A DNA stretch of 64,000 nucleotides from Octopus vulgaris (Eukaryota), in NCBI GenBank assembly GCA_951406725.2, contig OX597824.1, positions 37,634,001 through 37,698,000 on the forward strand, written 5' to 3'. Numbering within the stretch: the stretch's first letter is position 1; each line of letters begins with the position of its first letter. The translations under genes and the position numbers were made by a program. Shown here one piece after another: positions 52,699 to 64,000 of the stretch. The notes beneath the pieces were generated by a model that was given only the letters and a program-made list of their open reading frames with translations, was not told the origin of the DNA and did no database searches.

Positions 52699-53224
52699 AT
52701 GTCCTCGCGTTGTGTTTTCTCTTTGTGTTTTCATGTTTGGATTAACTATATATATATATATTTATATTTATCTTGTGTATAGATCAATGCTTTCAATGAT
52801 TGTGTGCGCGCATGTGTACGTGTTTGTGTGTACGAAAGAGTGAAAAAGAGAGACAGAGAGCGTGTGTACGTGTGTATCTAGCTAGACTGCAATATGTATT
52901 AACGTGTATATGTTGCACATGCAGTCTGTAAAGTTGTTGCAGTGGGTTTGTTATGTCTGTCCTGTCTGTTATTTATTTCAGTCCCGCCATTTTCTGTTTC
53001 GTTCGTCTGCCGAAAAGACAAACAGACAGACAAACAGACACACACACACACACACACACTCACACACGCACACACACGCAAATGCATATCCAAACCAACT
53101 CGTTAATTGATCATCACGTTAGACTTAATTAGCTGCAAATGACAAAATTTTCCGATGGATGGAAAATAAATATCATACATTGACAACAACCACCACAGCT
53201 AAACAGCAAAGATGTAAAATAACA

Positions 53225-53380
<156 letters not shown>

Positions 53381-53601
53381 GCTATTATAACAGACAATAA
53401 TGATAACAATTGCTGTGACATCAGCAACAACACTAGCAATCATTTCCGTATTTGCCTTAAGAACAACGCTGGCGTTAACATTACAATACAACCTTGACAA
53501 TAAAATACAAAACCAAACAGCAATATTTTGCTCGTGCACATATCCTAGTGTTTATATGTACGTATGTACACTATAACATGTCTGTCTATCTATCAATCTA
53601 C

Positions 53602-53633
<32 letters not shown>

Positions 53634-53694
53634 GTCTCTCTCTCTTTCTGTGTGTATATATATGTGCATGTGTGTGTGTGTATATATATATATT

Positions 53695-54032
53695 TACTCC
53701 TTTACTCTTTTACTTGTTTCAGTCATTTGACTGTGGCCATGCTGGAGCACCGCCTTTAGTCGAGCAAATCGACCCCAGGACATATTCTTCCGGTCTCGCC
53801 GAACCGCTAAGTTACGAGGACGTAACCACACCAGCATCGGTTGTCAAGCGATGTTGGGGGACAAACACAGACACACAAATATATATATATACATATATAC
53901 GACGGGCTTCTTTCAGTTTCTGTCTACCAAATCCACTCACAAGGTTTTGGTCGGCCCGAGGCTATAGTAGAAGACACCCGGAACTATGTGATTGGTAAGT
54001 AAGCTACTTACCACACAGCCACTCCTACGCCT
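53695..54032 (-). mobile_element. SINE family B with internal deletions
   Basis: Both ends match 41883-42318. Confidence 0.85.
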
Positions 54033-54057
54033 ATATATATATATATATATATAAATG

Positions 54058-54340
54058 AAATATTATTAGAGACAAAACCACTATTTTGCAAAACAAACAA
54101 GGAAAGACTTTTATCAATACATAAAATTTTAATAAATAGTCAAAAAAACCGCCACTACAATTGTTTCTTGTCTTGATCGACAATCTTCAGGTGAACTTCC
54201 AATAAGTCAGTTTCAAATTTCCTTGTTTGTTTTGCAAAATAGTGGTTTTGTCTCTAATAATATTTTATAATATTTTACTATAAAATTGGATTTAATCCTA
54301 AATCTGATTTTTTCCCTGTAAATTTGGATTTATTCCCTAA
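54058..54340 (-). mobile_element. Short element with a 48-bp perfect inverted repeat enclosing a hammerhead; Penelope-type terminal structure
   Basis: 54058-54105 is the exact reverse complement of 54218-54265, with the HHR between them and (TA)n on both flanks. Confidence 0.75.
54152..54194 (-). ncRNA. Minimal type-I hammerhead ribozyme motif
   Basis: Minus strand TCAC-CTGAAGA-TTGTC(GATCAA)GACAA-GAAA-CAATTG-TA-GTGG: canonical core, 5-bp stem II, palindromic stem III (ACAATTGT), GUA site and a short stem I. Confidence 0.8.
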
Positions 54341-54374
54341 TATTTATTATATATATATAAATGTATATACATAT

Positions 54375-54864
54375 ATTCTTTTACTTGTTTCAGACATTTG
54401 ACTGCGACCATGCTAGAGCACCGTCTTAAAGGGTTTTTTAGTCGGAGAAATCGACCCCAAGGCTTATTCTTTGTAAGCCTAGAACTTATTCTATCGGTCT
54501 CACTTGCTAAATCGCTAAGGTACGTGGACGTAAACACACCGACATCGGTTGTCAAGCGATGGTGGGGGTATAAACACAGACATAAAGACACACACACATA
54601 TAAATACACACACACAGACACTCACACACATATACGACGGGCTTCTTTGAGTTTCCGTCTACCAAATCCACTCACAAGGTCCCCCCCAGCACCGCTTGAC
54701 AACCGATGGTGGTGTGGTTACGTCCCCGTAACTTAGCGGTTCGGCAAAGAGACCGATAGAATAAGTACTAGGCTTACAAAGAATAAGTCCTGGGATCAAT
54801 TTGCTCGACTAAAAAGGCGGTGCTCCAATATGGCCACAGCCAAATGGCTGAAACAAGTAAAAGA

Positions 54865-54866
<2 letters not shown>
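54375..54866. mobile_element. Two headless SINE B copies fused back-to-back (minus 54375-54680, plus 54681-54866)
   Basis: The 3' halves point outward and are mutually complementary over ~180 bp. Confidence 0.8.
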
Positions 54867-54915
<49 letters not shown>

Positions 54916-55332
54916 TATCAGTATTCTGGGAAGCTTTTCAAAGATCATGTTCGCACCATGTTCTTTATACATCTGTGCGTATGTGCGTGTCTGTTTTTTC
55001 ACTATCTCAGCAAGAGATTTGATCAGAGAATATGTTTTGAAGCTAAAGAATTTGATATGTAATTACGTCACTATTTAGAATAGTTACATTCTGTTATTTT
55101 CACAAAAGTGAATGTTATTTACTTTCCTATCTTTCAACTTAACTTTCATACACAAGAGCATGTCTAATTGAATCCATCTTGGGATTGTCGATTTACTTAC
55201 CGGGTCAATAATATAATAAGATAAATAATTCTTTCTGTTATATGTATAAGGCCTGGAATATTTTGGGAAGGCGCTAGCTGATGTAATCGACTTCAGTGTT
55301 AAACTATTACTTACTTGATAATAATAATAATA

Positions 55333-55367
<35 letters not shown>

Positions 55368-55443
55368 AATAATAATAATAATAACAACAACAACAACAAC
55401 AATAATAATAATAATAACAGTAATAATAATGGTTTATTTTCTG

Positions 55444-55975
55444 GATGCAATACCAGGCACTGGCTTTCATGGATTCTGATCTTAACTGATTGGAAGTGTT
55501 ATTTATGTACATTCTTTGTCTTGGAATAAACAAAGATGGACTACACCAAATAATCAGCTCAGTACCACAAATTCGTTTGTCACTTGTTTGACACCAGTTG
55601 AGCATCTCCTGTGGTAGCTAACAGTATATGTATCTCTGATCACGGGCAGAAGTAGTGGGGGAGCATCATAACCATGTGTTGAGAGGAATTCTTTAGGGTT
55701 TGAATAATTCACATCTGGAAACATGGGTGTTTCGTTCGTCATCTTTAAACAACCCTTATTCAGGGCTACTCGACCTGATGAGAATTCTAACTGGGTCTCA
55801 CCTTCAAGGTCTTGCGCTGTTTATCTTGAAATGAGATCACCATGTCACGCACATATAGTTGTGATGCACGTGTCTGGTGTACCATTATCAGACGGGTAAT
55901 AGTCATGATGGGTATATTGAGCTTCGTATATTTGTACGCCCGGGTAACTTTGATGGCATACGCTGCTCTCTTACT
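55444..55975 (+). mobile_element. Family D, older near-full-length copy
   Basis: Starts GATGCAATACCAGGCACTGGC, the same point as the 50963-51511 copy, and is flanked by (AAT)n. Confidence 0.82.
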
Positions 55976-55976
55976 A

Positions 55977-56008
<32 letters not shown>

Positions 56009-56740
56009 GAATAAGAAGAAGAAGAAGAAGGACGACAACAACAACAACAACAACAGAATAACAAAAACAGTTACAACTGATTGACTTGTTCTTTCAGTCA
56101 CATAACACCAGGAAGAAAGCTTGCTGTTTATTTTGAAGGGGAGTGTTTCAGTCAGTGGAAATATTAGAATGTTGTAGTTAGGGATGTCTCAAATAAACTT
56201 GAAACTAAGTCATGATTAAGGAGTTCACTTCAAATCAAATAGTTTGGTTTCGATCCCAATCTGCTGTTTCAAGCCAACCCAAATCTTGGAAATTGTGCTG
56301 AATCCCATCAGACGCATAACCTGCCCTTCAATGGATAACAATATGTCACCTGACTAAAACTTAGTTCTAAGGGTACCTTTAAACGATCCCGCTCTATTCG
56401 AATTACTTTTCCGGTTTGGGATATCATACCACTTGTGTTCCTCGTCGCCAGTGACGGAAGATCATTGAAAAAAATAAACCTCATAGTCGCTGTTGTACAT
56501 TACTGGACCAAGCCGCATTAACTTCTACTCCATTTTATTTCTATACACAATAATATAAAAATATTAGCTCTACATCATTACCACACTTCATCTGTGCGAG
56601 GTCGTGAGTTGCTGAAGTGGTGAACCGAGGAACTTGATCTACAACCCACTGGTGTCAAGCTTCCCAATCACAGGGTTAACTAAATGTTTATCTGTAATAC
56701 ACTGGGCTCTATGCAATCCAACAACTATATATATATATAT

Positions 56741-56946
56741 AGTTAATCCAAACATGAAAGCACAAAAAGCACAACAACACGAGGACGTGGAACAAATATA
56801 GTATTATTGGACGCTCAGGACAGAAGGAAAGAAGGATGGTTTAACGCTTCGAGCGGAGCTCTTCGTCGGAAACATAGGAGAAGGAAAGATCCACAGAGGG
56901 GAAGACAGAGGAAAAAGATTGCCAACGGTACACACGCGGTCACATT
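56741..56946 (-). mobile_element. Short (TA)n-inserted element with a degenerate hammerhead (56839-56873)
   Basis: Minus strand GTTT-CCGACGA-A-GAGC(TCC)GCTC-GAAG-CG-TT-AAAC. Its end (TAGTTAATCCAAACATGAAA..CGAGGAC) recurs inverted at 52700-52750, also within (TA)n. Confidence 0.6.
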
Positions 56947-57747
56947 ATATATATATATATAAACATTGTGTTGTGACATGAATCGTACAATAGAACGTAA
57001 TTATTTGAAGTCGAATCATTTTGGGAAATGCATGAACTCCTCAACTTCATATTGCTCTCACTTTAAACATCAAGGCTTATGCGCTTCGTGAAAAAAAACC
57101 CGTGATGGTTTATTTTATTTTTCTATTATTTATTTAGTATTTATTTACCTTAACGTCATTGAACAAGACAGAAGATCGATCGCTACACCACCCCTCACCA
57201 CCCTTCGCCATCTCTTTATCATCAGCCTGTTCCTCTGCTGCCGAAATCACTGCTGACGTTACCGAAACCTTCATCATGCCTGAAACCACCCCGTACACCA
57301 CCAAGCACTAATATCAAACCAAACCACAATCGACAGCACCATCAGCATCATCGTCATAAGCACGACTATCATGTTTATTCCCAATTCTTCTGCACCACAG
57401 TTAGTTATTGGAGGTCATAGAAACAAAAGTTGATTAGCATTCGAACACTGGAAGGTTTCGCAGATTTATAAATGACATTTTAATTAGACTCTGCGTTTAA
57501 AGGTATAAAGGAAGCTGTGATGGGGTTGATGCTGTGCCAGTTGTAAGTAGGAGGGTGTGGGTGTGGCTTATCATTAAGTGTTGTCGTAGCAACTAAGACT
57601 CTGGAAGTTTATTAAACGCGTTTTAATTAAAGGCTTTTCGAATGAAATGCTGAACCTGAACACCTCCCCCTTTTTTGCTTTGTTTTGTGTGACAAACTAA
57701 TTGTCAACAGAACGAATTAATAACAAATCCATCAGCACCACCACCAA

Positions 57748-57855
57748 CTACAACAATAACAACAACAGCAACAAAAGCAGCAGCAACAACCATGAAAGCA
57801 GTAACGCAGTAACAACATCTGCCATTAGACAGTAACTATAGCAGCAACAACAGAG

Positions 57856-57889
<34 letters not shown>

Positions 57890-57923
57890 ATACTACTACT
57901 ACTACTACTAATAATAATAATGG

Positions 57924-58000
<77 letters not shown>

Positions 58001-58062
58001 ATAATAATAATAATAATAATAATTATAATAATAGTAATGGTAGTGCTGCTACTACTACTACT
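57748..58062. repeat. Compound CAA/CTA/CTG/TAA microsatellite
   Basis: Directly visible. Confidence 0.9.
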
Positions 58063-61000
58063 GTTTCTACCACTTGCAGTTGCAATAAATTCTATAACAT
58101 CAATGTGCCACAAAAGAAATCGTGTTGAATAAATAATAACAACACAATCTCCCCCCCTTCCCACCAACAACAGCAACAATGATAATAATAATAATTGGCC
58201 AGAGATTTCGATGCCATCGACTCAAGTACATGAATGGTACTCCATTTTATCGACTCTGGAGGGACGAAAAGAGATGCCGAACTCGGCAGAATTTGAACTC
58301 AGAAAATAAAGGACAGAGCATAATATTGCAACTCTTTAGCCTTCATCCTTCATTAGTCAATAAAATAAGTACACATCGATAAAATAAGACTCAGATTAAT
58401 CGAATATGTTCCAGAAGGCAGAGCTCCAGTATGACCACAATCCATTGGTTGAAAGCAGTAAAAGGCAATATGGTGAATCTGCTTGAGTACGAAACATCAT
58501 TTTTCACTACTAATTTCATTGGAAATATTTTTAACGACATAGCTTCTGTTTTTTTCAATCGAGTCTCTTATTAAAAGAAACCAAGTGTAATGGCGAATGA
58601 TAGAAAATAGATGTGATTATTTTGTGAAACACTTAAGGTTCTTACAGCAATGTCAATATCATCATTAAGGTTTTTAAAAAGTCAGGAATTTCACCAGATC
58701 TCACTACTTTTCTATAAATTTATGGTACCGTGAGAAGTCAACATTGTGTTTATTTAGTTTATAAGGACTGAAGAACAAGAAACAATCTATTTCCTTCTGT
58801 TAGTACAGCAAATTTGTACCAAATCAGACATAAACCAATATTTCTTTTATCGTCATGCGAATATACAAACAGAGCGAAAATGAAAGTAAATATTTTAATA
58901 TTACACTTCGTTCACTGTTTCCCCTCTGATGTATGGCCAGTTTTTAACTTCTCAGTCAACGAGATATCTTTATTTACCTTGCTTAGCGTATGTCGAACAA
59001 GGAAATTATCTTACCTGCAATATAAAAGAAAATAAAATCGATTAAATGCCTTGAGAAGTACGGTAAAGTGCAATCAGCATTAACAACAACAATAATACAA
59101 TTTTTTAAAAATAGGAATGAAGGTTTTACGTTTATATGGAAAATACTGAAAATGTTGCCATAATAATGGCCTTTTTCATTAAATAAATAGGTTTACTTTG
59201 AGTGAGTAATCGGACTATTTTTCATTAATTAGATGATTGTTCTTGCAAACAAACATGTAGTTTCAGTTTCCAGGAATGCCTCTGTTGCACAATTAGTTCA
59301 ATATTTCAATTAGTCGAATATTTCAACCCCACCCCTTTACTGTGCAACCGTTTCCTCATTCGATCAATTTTACCAAAGAAAGAAAAGAAAAGAAAAAGAA
59401 AAGGAAAAACAACTTGAGAACTGGATTAACCGTTGTCACAACTATTTTTGATGGTACTGCTCTAACTATTCTTCGTTTTTGTCATCGTCTTGATACAGAA
59501 GTTATTAAGTTAAAGAAGACTGAAGAGATAAAGAAGTCTTTTTAAATGTCGGTGAAAATAAAAGAAATAAATTCGTTCCGGCATTATCCCTTAACTGAAT
59601 TCGTATCTGGTTTGTCTACATTTAATGCGTCTCTTCTTGTTGCTCTGGACAGCCGTCTCAAATATAACTATCTCCTTCAACATTAACAACTCTGAGTTTA
59701 TTTTCAAAAGATAGATTCGTAATGTCGTCGAAAATGTTGCTGTGTTGTTGCGTTGTTCCAAGTAAGCCCAAACCGAGAGGTTCTAAGGCTTGCATTTAGT
59801 CGGCCGAGTGGTGCGTAGATTTTACTCATACCATGTCCCAGAGTAGCTGAAGACCAGAGTTCATACACTAACAGATAGCGATAAATTATGTAGGAAGGAC
59901 ACACCATGACATATCGGTTTCAGTATGAAAGAAATATTGATTTCTTAAGGAAATACCACGAAACTTATTTTTCCCTTCGTTCATTTGTCACACAGTCTGT
60001 GTGTGTGTGTGTGTGTGTGTTTGCATATGTATACGTGTATGTGCTTTGTTGTTTGCTTTTACCACAGTGAATGCTCCAGTCAATATTTATTTCCACCATT
60101 TTTTTTCTTGCAAAATAGTTGCGTCCTGCTGTGTAATTATATTTTGTTAATAACAATAATAATTACATTTTATATTTTCTATATTTGTTGTTGTTTACAT
60201 TTGAATTTTTTAGGGGGCGTTCCCGATTGCTTTAGTATCAGTAACTATAGCGGAAAGAGATGTAAACGCAAAAATAATATCTAAAACTTCTGTTTGTGTC
60301 ACGAAAGAAACAAGATTAACTTTAATCCAACCTCTATATGAGCAACTTGTTTGTCTCTGAGCAATTGTTGCTACTGTTATCACTATTTTCAAAATTATTT
60401 GCTAAATTATTCGAACTATTTTTCTTCTGCTTGTTATTCATTAAAATATTCCTTATTATTTTCATTTTGTTAATTTTGCAGTGTGATTTGTTTTTGTGTT
60501 GTTTTTCTTTTCGTCTTGTTTCGTCTCTTGTAATATTTTACTTTCTAAAGCGAGCACTGCTCTCAGACCTATTGAATGTGAAATATAGTCGGAACCAGTG
60601 AACAAATATAATAAAAAATCTCTAAAAATGAATCCCGAGTAACGAGGAAAGCTGTTCTGAGATAATTAAAATCCTTATTGACGAGTACACCAAAGAAATT
60701 TTCATTTAATAATGATTGAATAAAGTCGAGTCTCAAAGAGATAAAAAAATTTGTCTTCACAGTACAAGACCCACAACAACAACAACAACAACAACAATAA
60801 TAATGGCAATAGTATCAGTGCAAGTTTACCTAAAATAGCAAAAAATCAATGGAATACATCTAAAACCTTGGATTGATATATTATGTCCACTAAAACAGAA
60901 ACATTAGGACCTAAGATGTTGCAATGTCGTTCGAATATAATGAATTGGAGATATAGATGTCAACGATGTTGCACATAAAACTAATAATAACAGTCATGAT

Positions 61001-63238
61001 GATAAAAATGAGATGTGGAATAATAAACAAGTATTGCCCCAAAGGGATGTGTTCCCTGTTTCCAGTTACCGATTTTGGATAATATACAATAGTGGCAAAA
61101 TGGTGGAATGTGTAACACAGAGAATATTTTGATCAATTTATACACGCTTAACAGACATCAAAGTAGTTATTGTATATATCGAATAAAACAACAAAATCAT
61201 TCCCACAAACGAAATGTATTTATTTCAAGATATCTAAAAAGAAATGGATGGCATTTATATTCCTAGCAGAACAGTTCTATATTTGATTGTGACAGTAGAA
61301 CTTCGTGAAGACAGCCATAGCTTTGCAGATACAGCCCTGGTCAATCATTGTTTGAATTTAATTATTATAGCTGCTCTTCGTTTCAATGCTTCAGTTTACT
61401 GGTGCTGCAAAAAGTTCTCGGTAAACTATACCATGAACAAGACAAACTCATTCTACAGAAAAAAGAAGAGAGAACTTATTCTTGACATAAGCTAAGGTGT
61501 TGGTGATGATTAGATTAATTCATACCATTTGGTGTTTCGGGTATTATTCTGAGTAAGATAATTTCCGCTAAACTTATTCCCATCCAACTTCCTTTTAGGT
61601 TGAAAGATTTATGTTATCCCATTCAACATTAGTTACTATGGCTTCATGCTCTCTTTTGGGAAAAGGAAATGACTATTAAAGTTGTTTGGGCTTTCTCTTT
61701 TGATATCAAGTTGGGAAAGGCAGTAACGGGAAACATACACATACCCATACACACTCATATATATCCTACTTAACGTGGATGTATCGTTAGAATGCCACAA
61801 TACTGCAGCATTCGCCTTGAGGAACTCTCCCAGACATTTAGAGCGAAGATGCACTGACCTATCGGTAGCAGACGAGGAATGCCTGCTGCTGTTGAAGCAA
61901 AAACACGCTGAAATCAGGAGACCCAACAGTTACGCCACTGGTGCTGGCCGATTTATCGTCTGCTACCGATATATGTATGCTTCTTAACACCAAGAGTCTA
62001 TATGATAGAATTTCTCAAGGCGAATACCGCAGTATTACTGTATTCTAAGAATACATCCACGTCAAAAAGAATATGATGTGTGTGTGTGTGTGTGTGTGTG
62101 TGTGTCTATACTTGTGTATGCGTGCATGTCTCAATATTTGTGAACGCATGACTATCTGTTTGTTCCAGGTTCGCTACAAAACTACCAGAAAACACCTATA
62201 AGACAAACATATATATTATTACTTCCCATGTGATGTGAAAGGTTTATTTCGATCTACATATAACCAAAGTGATTGAATTAGGTTCTAAATGAATTCAGAT
62301 AAGTTCATTTGCTGTGGAGTCTTTGTATAAAGGAGAATATCTTTTTGAGCTCGAAATTTGAAAATCTGTTCTCACAGAGGAGAGTGCATAATATTTGTTA
62401 GTCAAATAGTCACCACTATTATATGTTTCTCAAACGCATATGTAAGTTGCAAGTGGGTATCAAGAACACAAACCTGTCAAAACTTATTGGAATCGTCCCT
62501 TACAACTCATTGATATTAAAAGTCACTGACATACTCATCACTATTAAATTCTGTCTCTCAAATCAACTGAGAATGTGTGAAAGTATGTCAGGAAGAATCG
62601 TATATTAATATGTAGGCTCTTCAAAATCAACGCACAAAATAAAAAGCGATCCATTTCCAGTAAAAGAGTACTTTAGAATCAATGAAGCACATTTGTTCAT
62701 TTGAAGCTTTCTATTCCACAAACGACAACCTGCTTCTAACTAAAACGATCCAACAAGTCTACTTAATAATCTGTAACAGATATTTTCTATGAAAATAATC
62801 TGTAACAGATATTTTCTTTGGAAACTACGATCAAGTTTGTATTATTCAGTCTTTACCAAGAATATTTCTTTGTATGTCCACTGTTTTAGTCTGAAGTCTC
62901 ACCTTTATACACATGGAATAAAAACAGAATTGTATTAAATAACGCAATCGTGGATATTGTCTTCTAGGTTTGTTTAAATATGAGACCTTGAGAGGATTCT
63001 ACAGTGTTCATGTAAGCCAGCAAGAGCGTTTCTATCTTCGTATACTGTTTCATTGCCCAACATTCTTCGAAGATTTGCTATAAGTTCACCAGTTCAAGAT
63101 CAACAGTGTACCATATAGAGAAAGCATTGTTTCGAGCGAGAGCTTCTTGAAGATGTAAATAGTATCACAGTTACCTGCCATTTCAAAAATTCTTTGATTA
63201 GTTTGCTGCAACAATATGCCATTTCTAACTCGCATTAA

Positions 63239-63459
63239 CCATTTAGTATTTAATCTGACAACATCTGGCCAAAATATTCTTCCTGTTTCATGCTCAAACT
63301 CACCAGCTCCAGCCTCTCACACCTATCCTACAATGTTAGCCTAAAAAATATACAGTCATGTAATCTAAATCTCAAAGCTACAAGATAATGAAGGATACAT
63401 TCGAAACAATGTGAACAAATAAGCGTTACATTTGATAGAGCAATCTGAATGCTAAAGGA
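63239..63459. mobile_element. piggyBac-type MITE (TTAA TSD)
   Basis: TTAA|CCATTTAGTATT ... AATGCTAAAGGA|TTAA, with imperfect TIRs derived from CCCTTTAGCATT. Confidence 0.65.
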
Positions 63460-64000
63460 TTAAGACAGAATAACAAAACCGGATCTCTTACATTTTAAAC
63501 ACTAGACTCAGTTGAAACATTTAAATAAGTTAGTTGACAACAGTAATGTCACTTTGTTTAAGCAGTTCAAGACGAATTATAGTCTAGCGCTCGGCTTTCC
63601 GAAGGTTAAGCAAAATCATCATAGTAACTTTCATTATGATGTTCTGCATGAGACACTTTACAACACTGAAGAAATTTAACAAGGAATTATAAATAATGAA
63701 CCAAAGCTGCAGCCTGATCAAAGAAAAGCAATATGCTCAACAACAAATCACAGTGTTTAGTTTCAGAAAAGTGGAATAAATTTCGTTGATGGTTGGCAGG
63801 AAATGGAAAACATTTCTCACGAACATGTTGGTAAAATACAAGAACAAACTGGAGATTTCATACTACGTTAATTATTCTAGGCTTGTGGTAACTTTGCTGC
63901 TTAGAGTCAAGACGATCTATAATGTATTCAAACGCTGTTTCATGTTGGGGACAAATAAAGATCTTACATTGTCAGACACGCACATGTAAGTATATTTGCT

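Noticed and set aside
60850-61250. Possible RTE RT remnant (LPQRDV.., LTDIK), and an APE-like trace at 10260-10620
   Set aside because: The motifs are too eroded to call without a profile search.
62765-62818. Short tandem duplication AATAATCTGTAACAGATATTTTCT x2
   Set aside because: An ordinary local slippage duplication with no further structure.

Overview
This is AT-rich, microsatellite-dense animal genomic DNA. The SINE repertoire looks like an octopus or other coleoid cephalopod (inference, not a database match). I find no convincing host protein-coding exon, so the window reads as intronic or intergenic. The only long real ORFs (3825-5414, 5459-6169, 6551-8020) belong to two 5'-truncated, tandem R4/Dong-clade non-LTR retrotransposons (RT, CCHC knuckle, restriction-like endonuclease) inserted in a (TAA)n array. 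The rest comprises decayed Ty3/Gypsy, mariner, Penelope (GIY-YIG), RTE and Dong fragments, three tRNA-derived SINE families, MITEs and two long hairpins. Four patterns stand out. (1) Several minimal type-I hammerhead ribozyme motifs lie in short non-coding elements beside (TA)n tracts, one with a compensated U3-A8 core. (2) A ~550-bp non-coding element occurs only in (TAA)n, in the same polarity as the Dong elements, and is a candidate non-autonomous partner. (3) A SINE body unit is repeatedly joined at one fixed site inside other copies of its own family. (4) One SINE head carries three different 3' tails. All calls were made by eye; no searches or folding programs were run.
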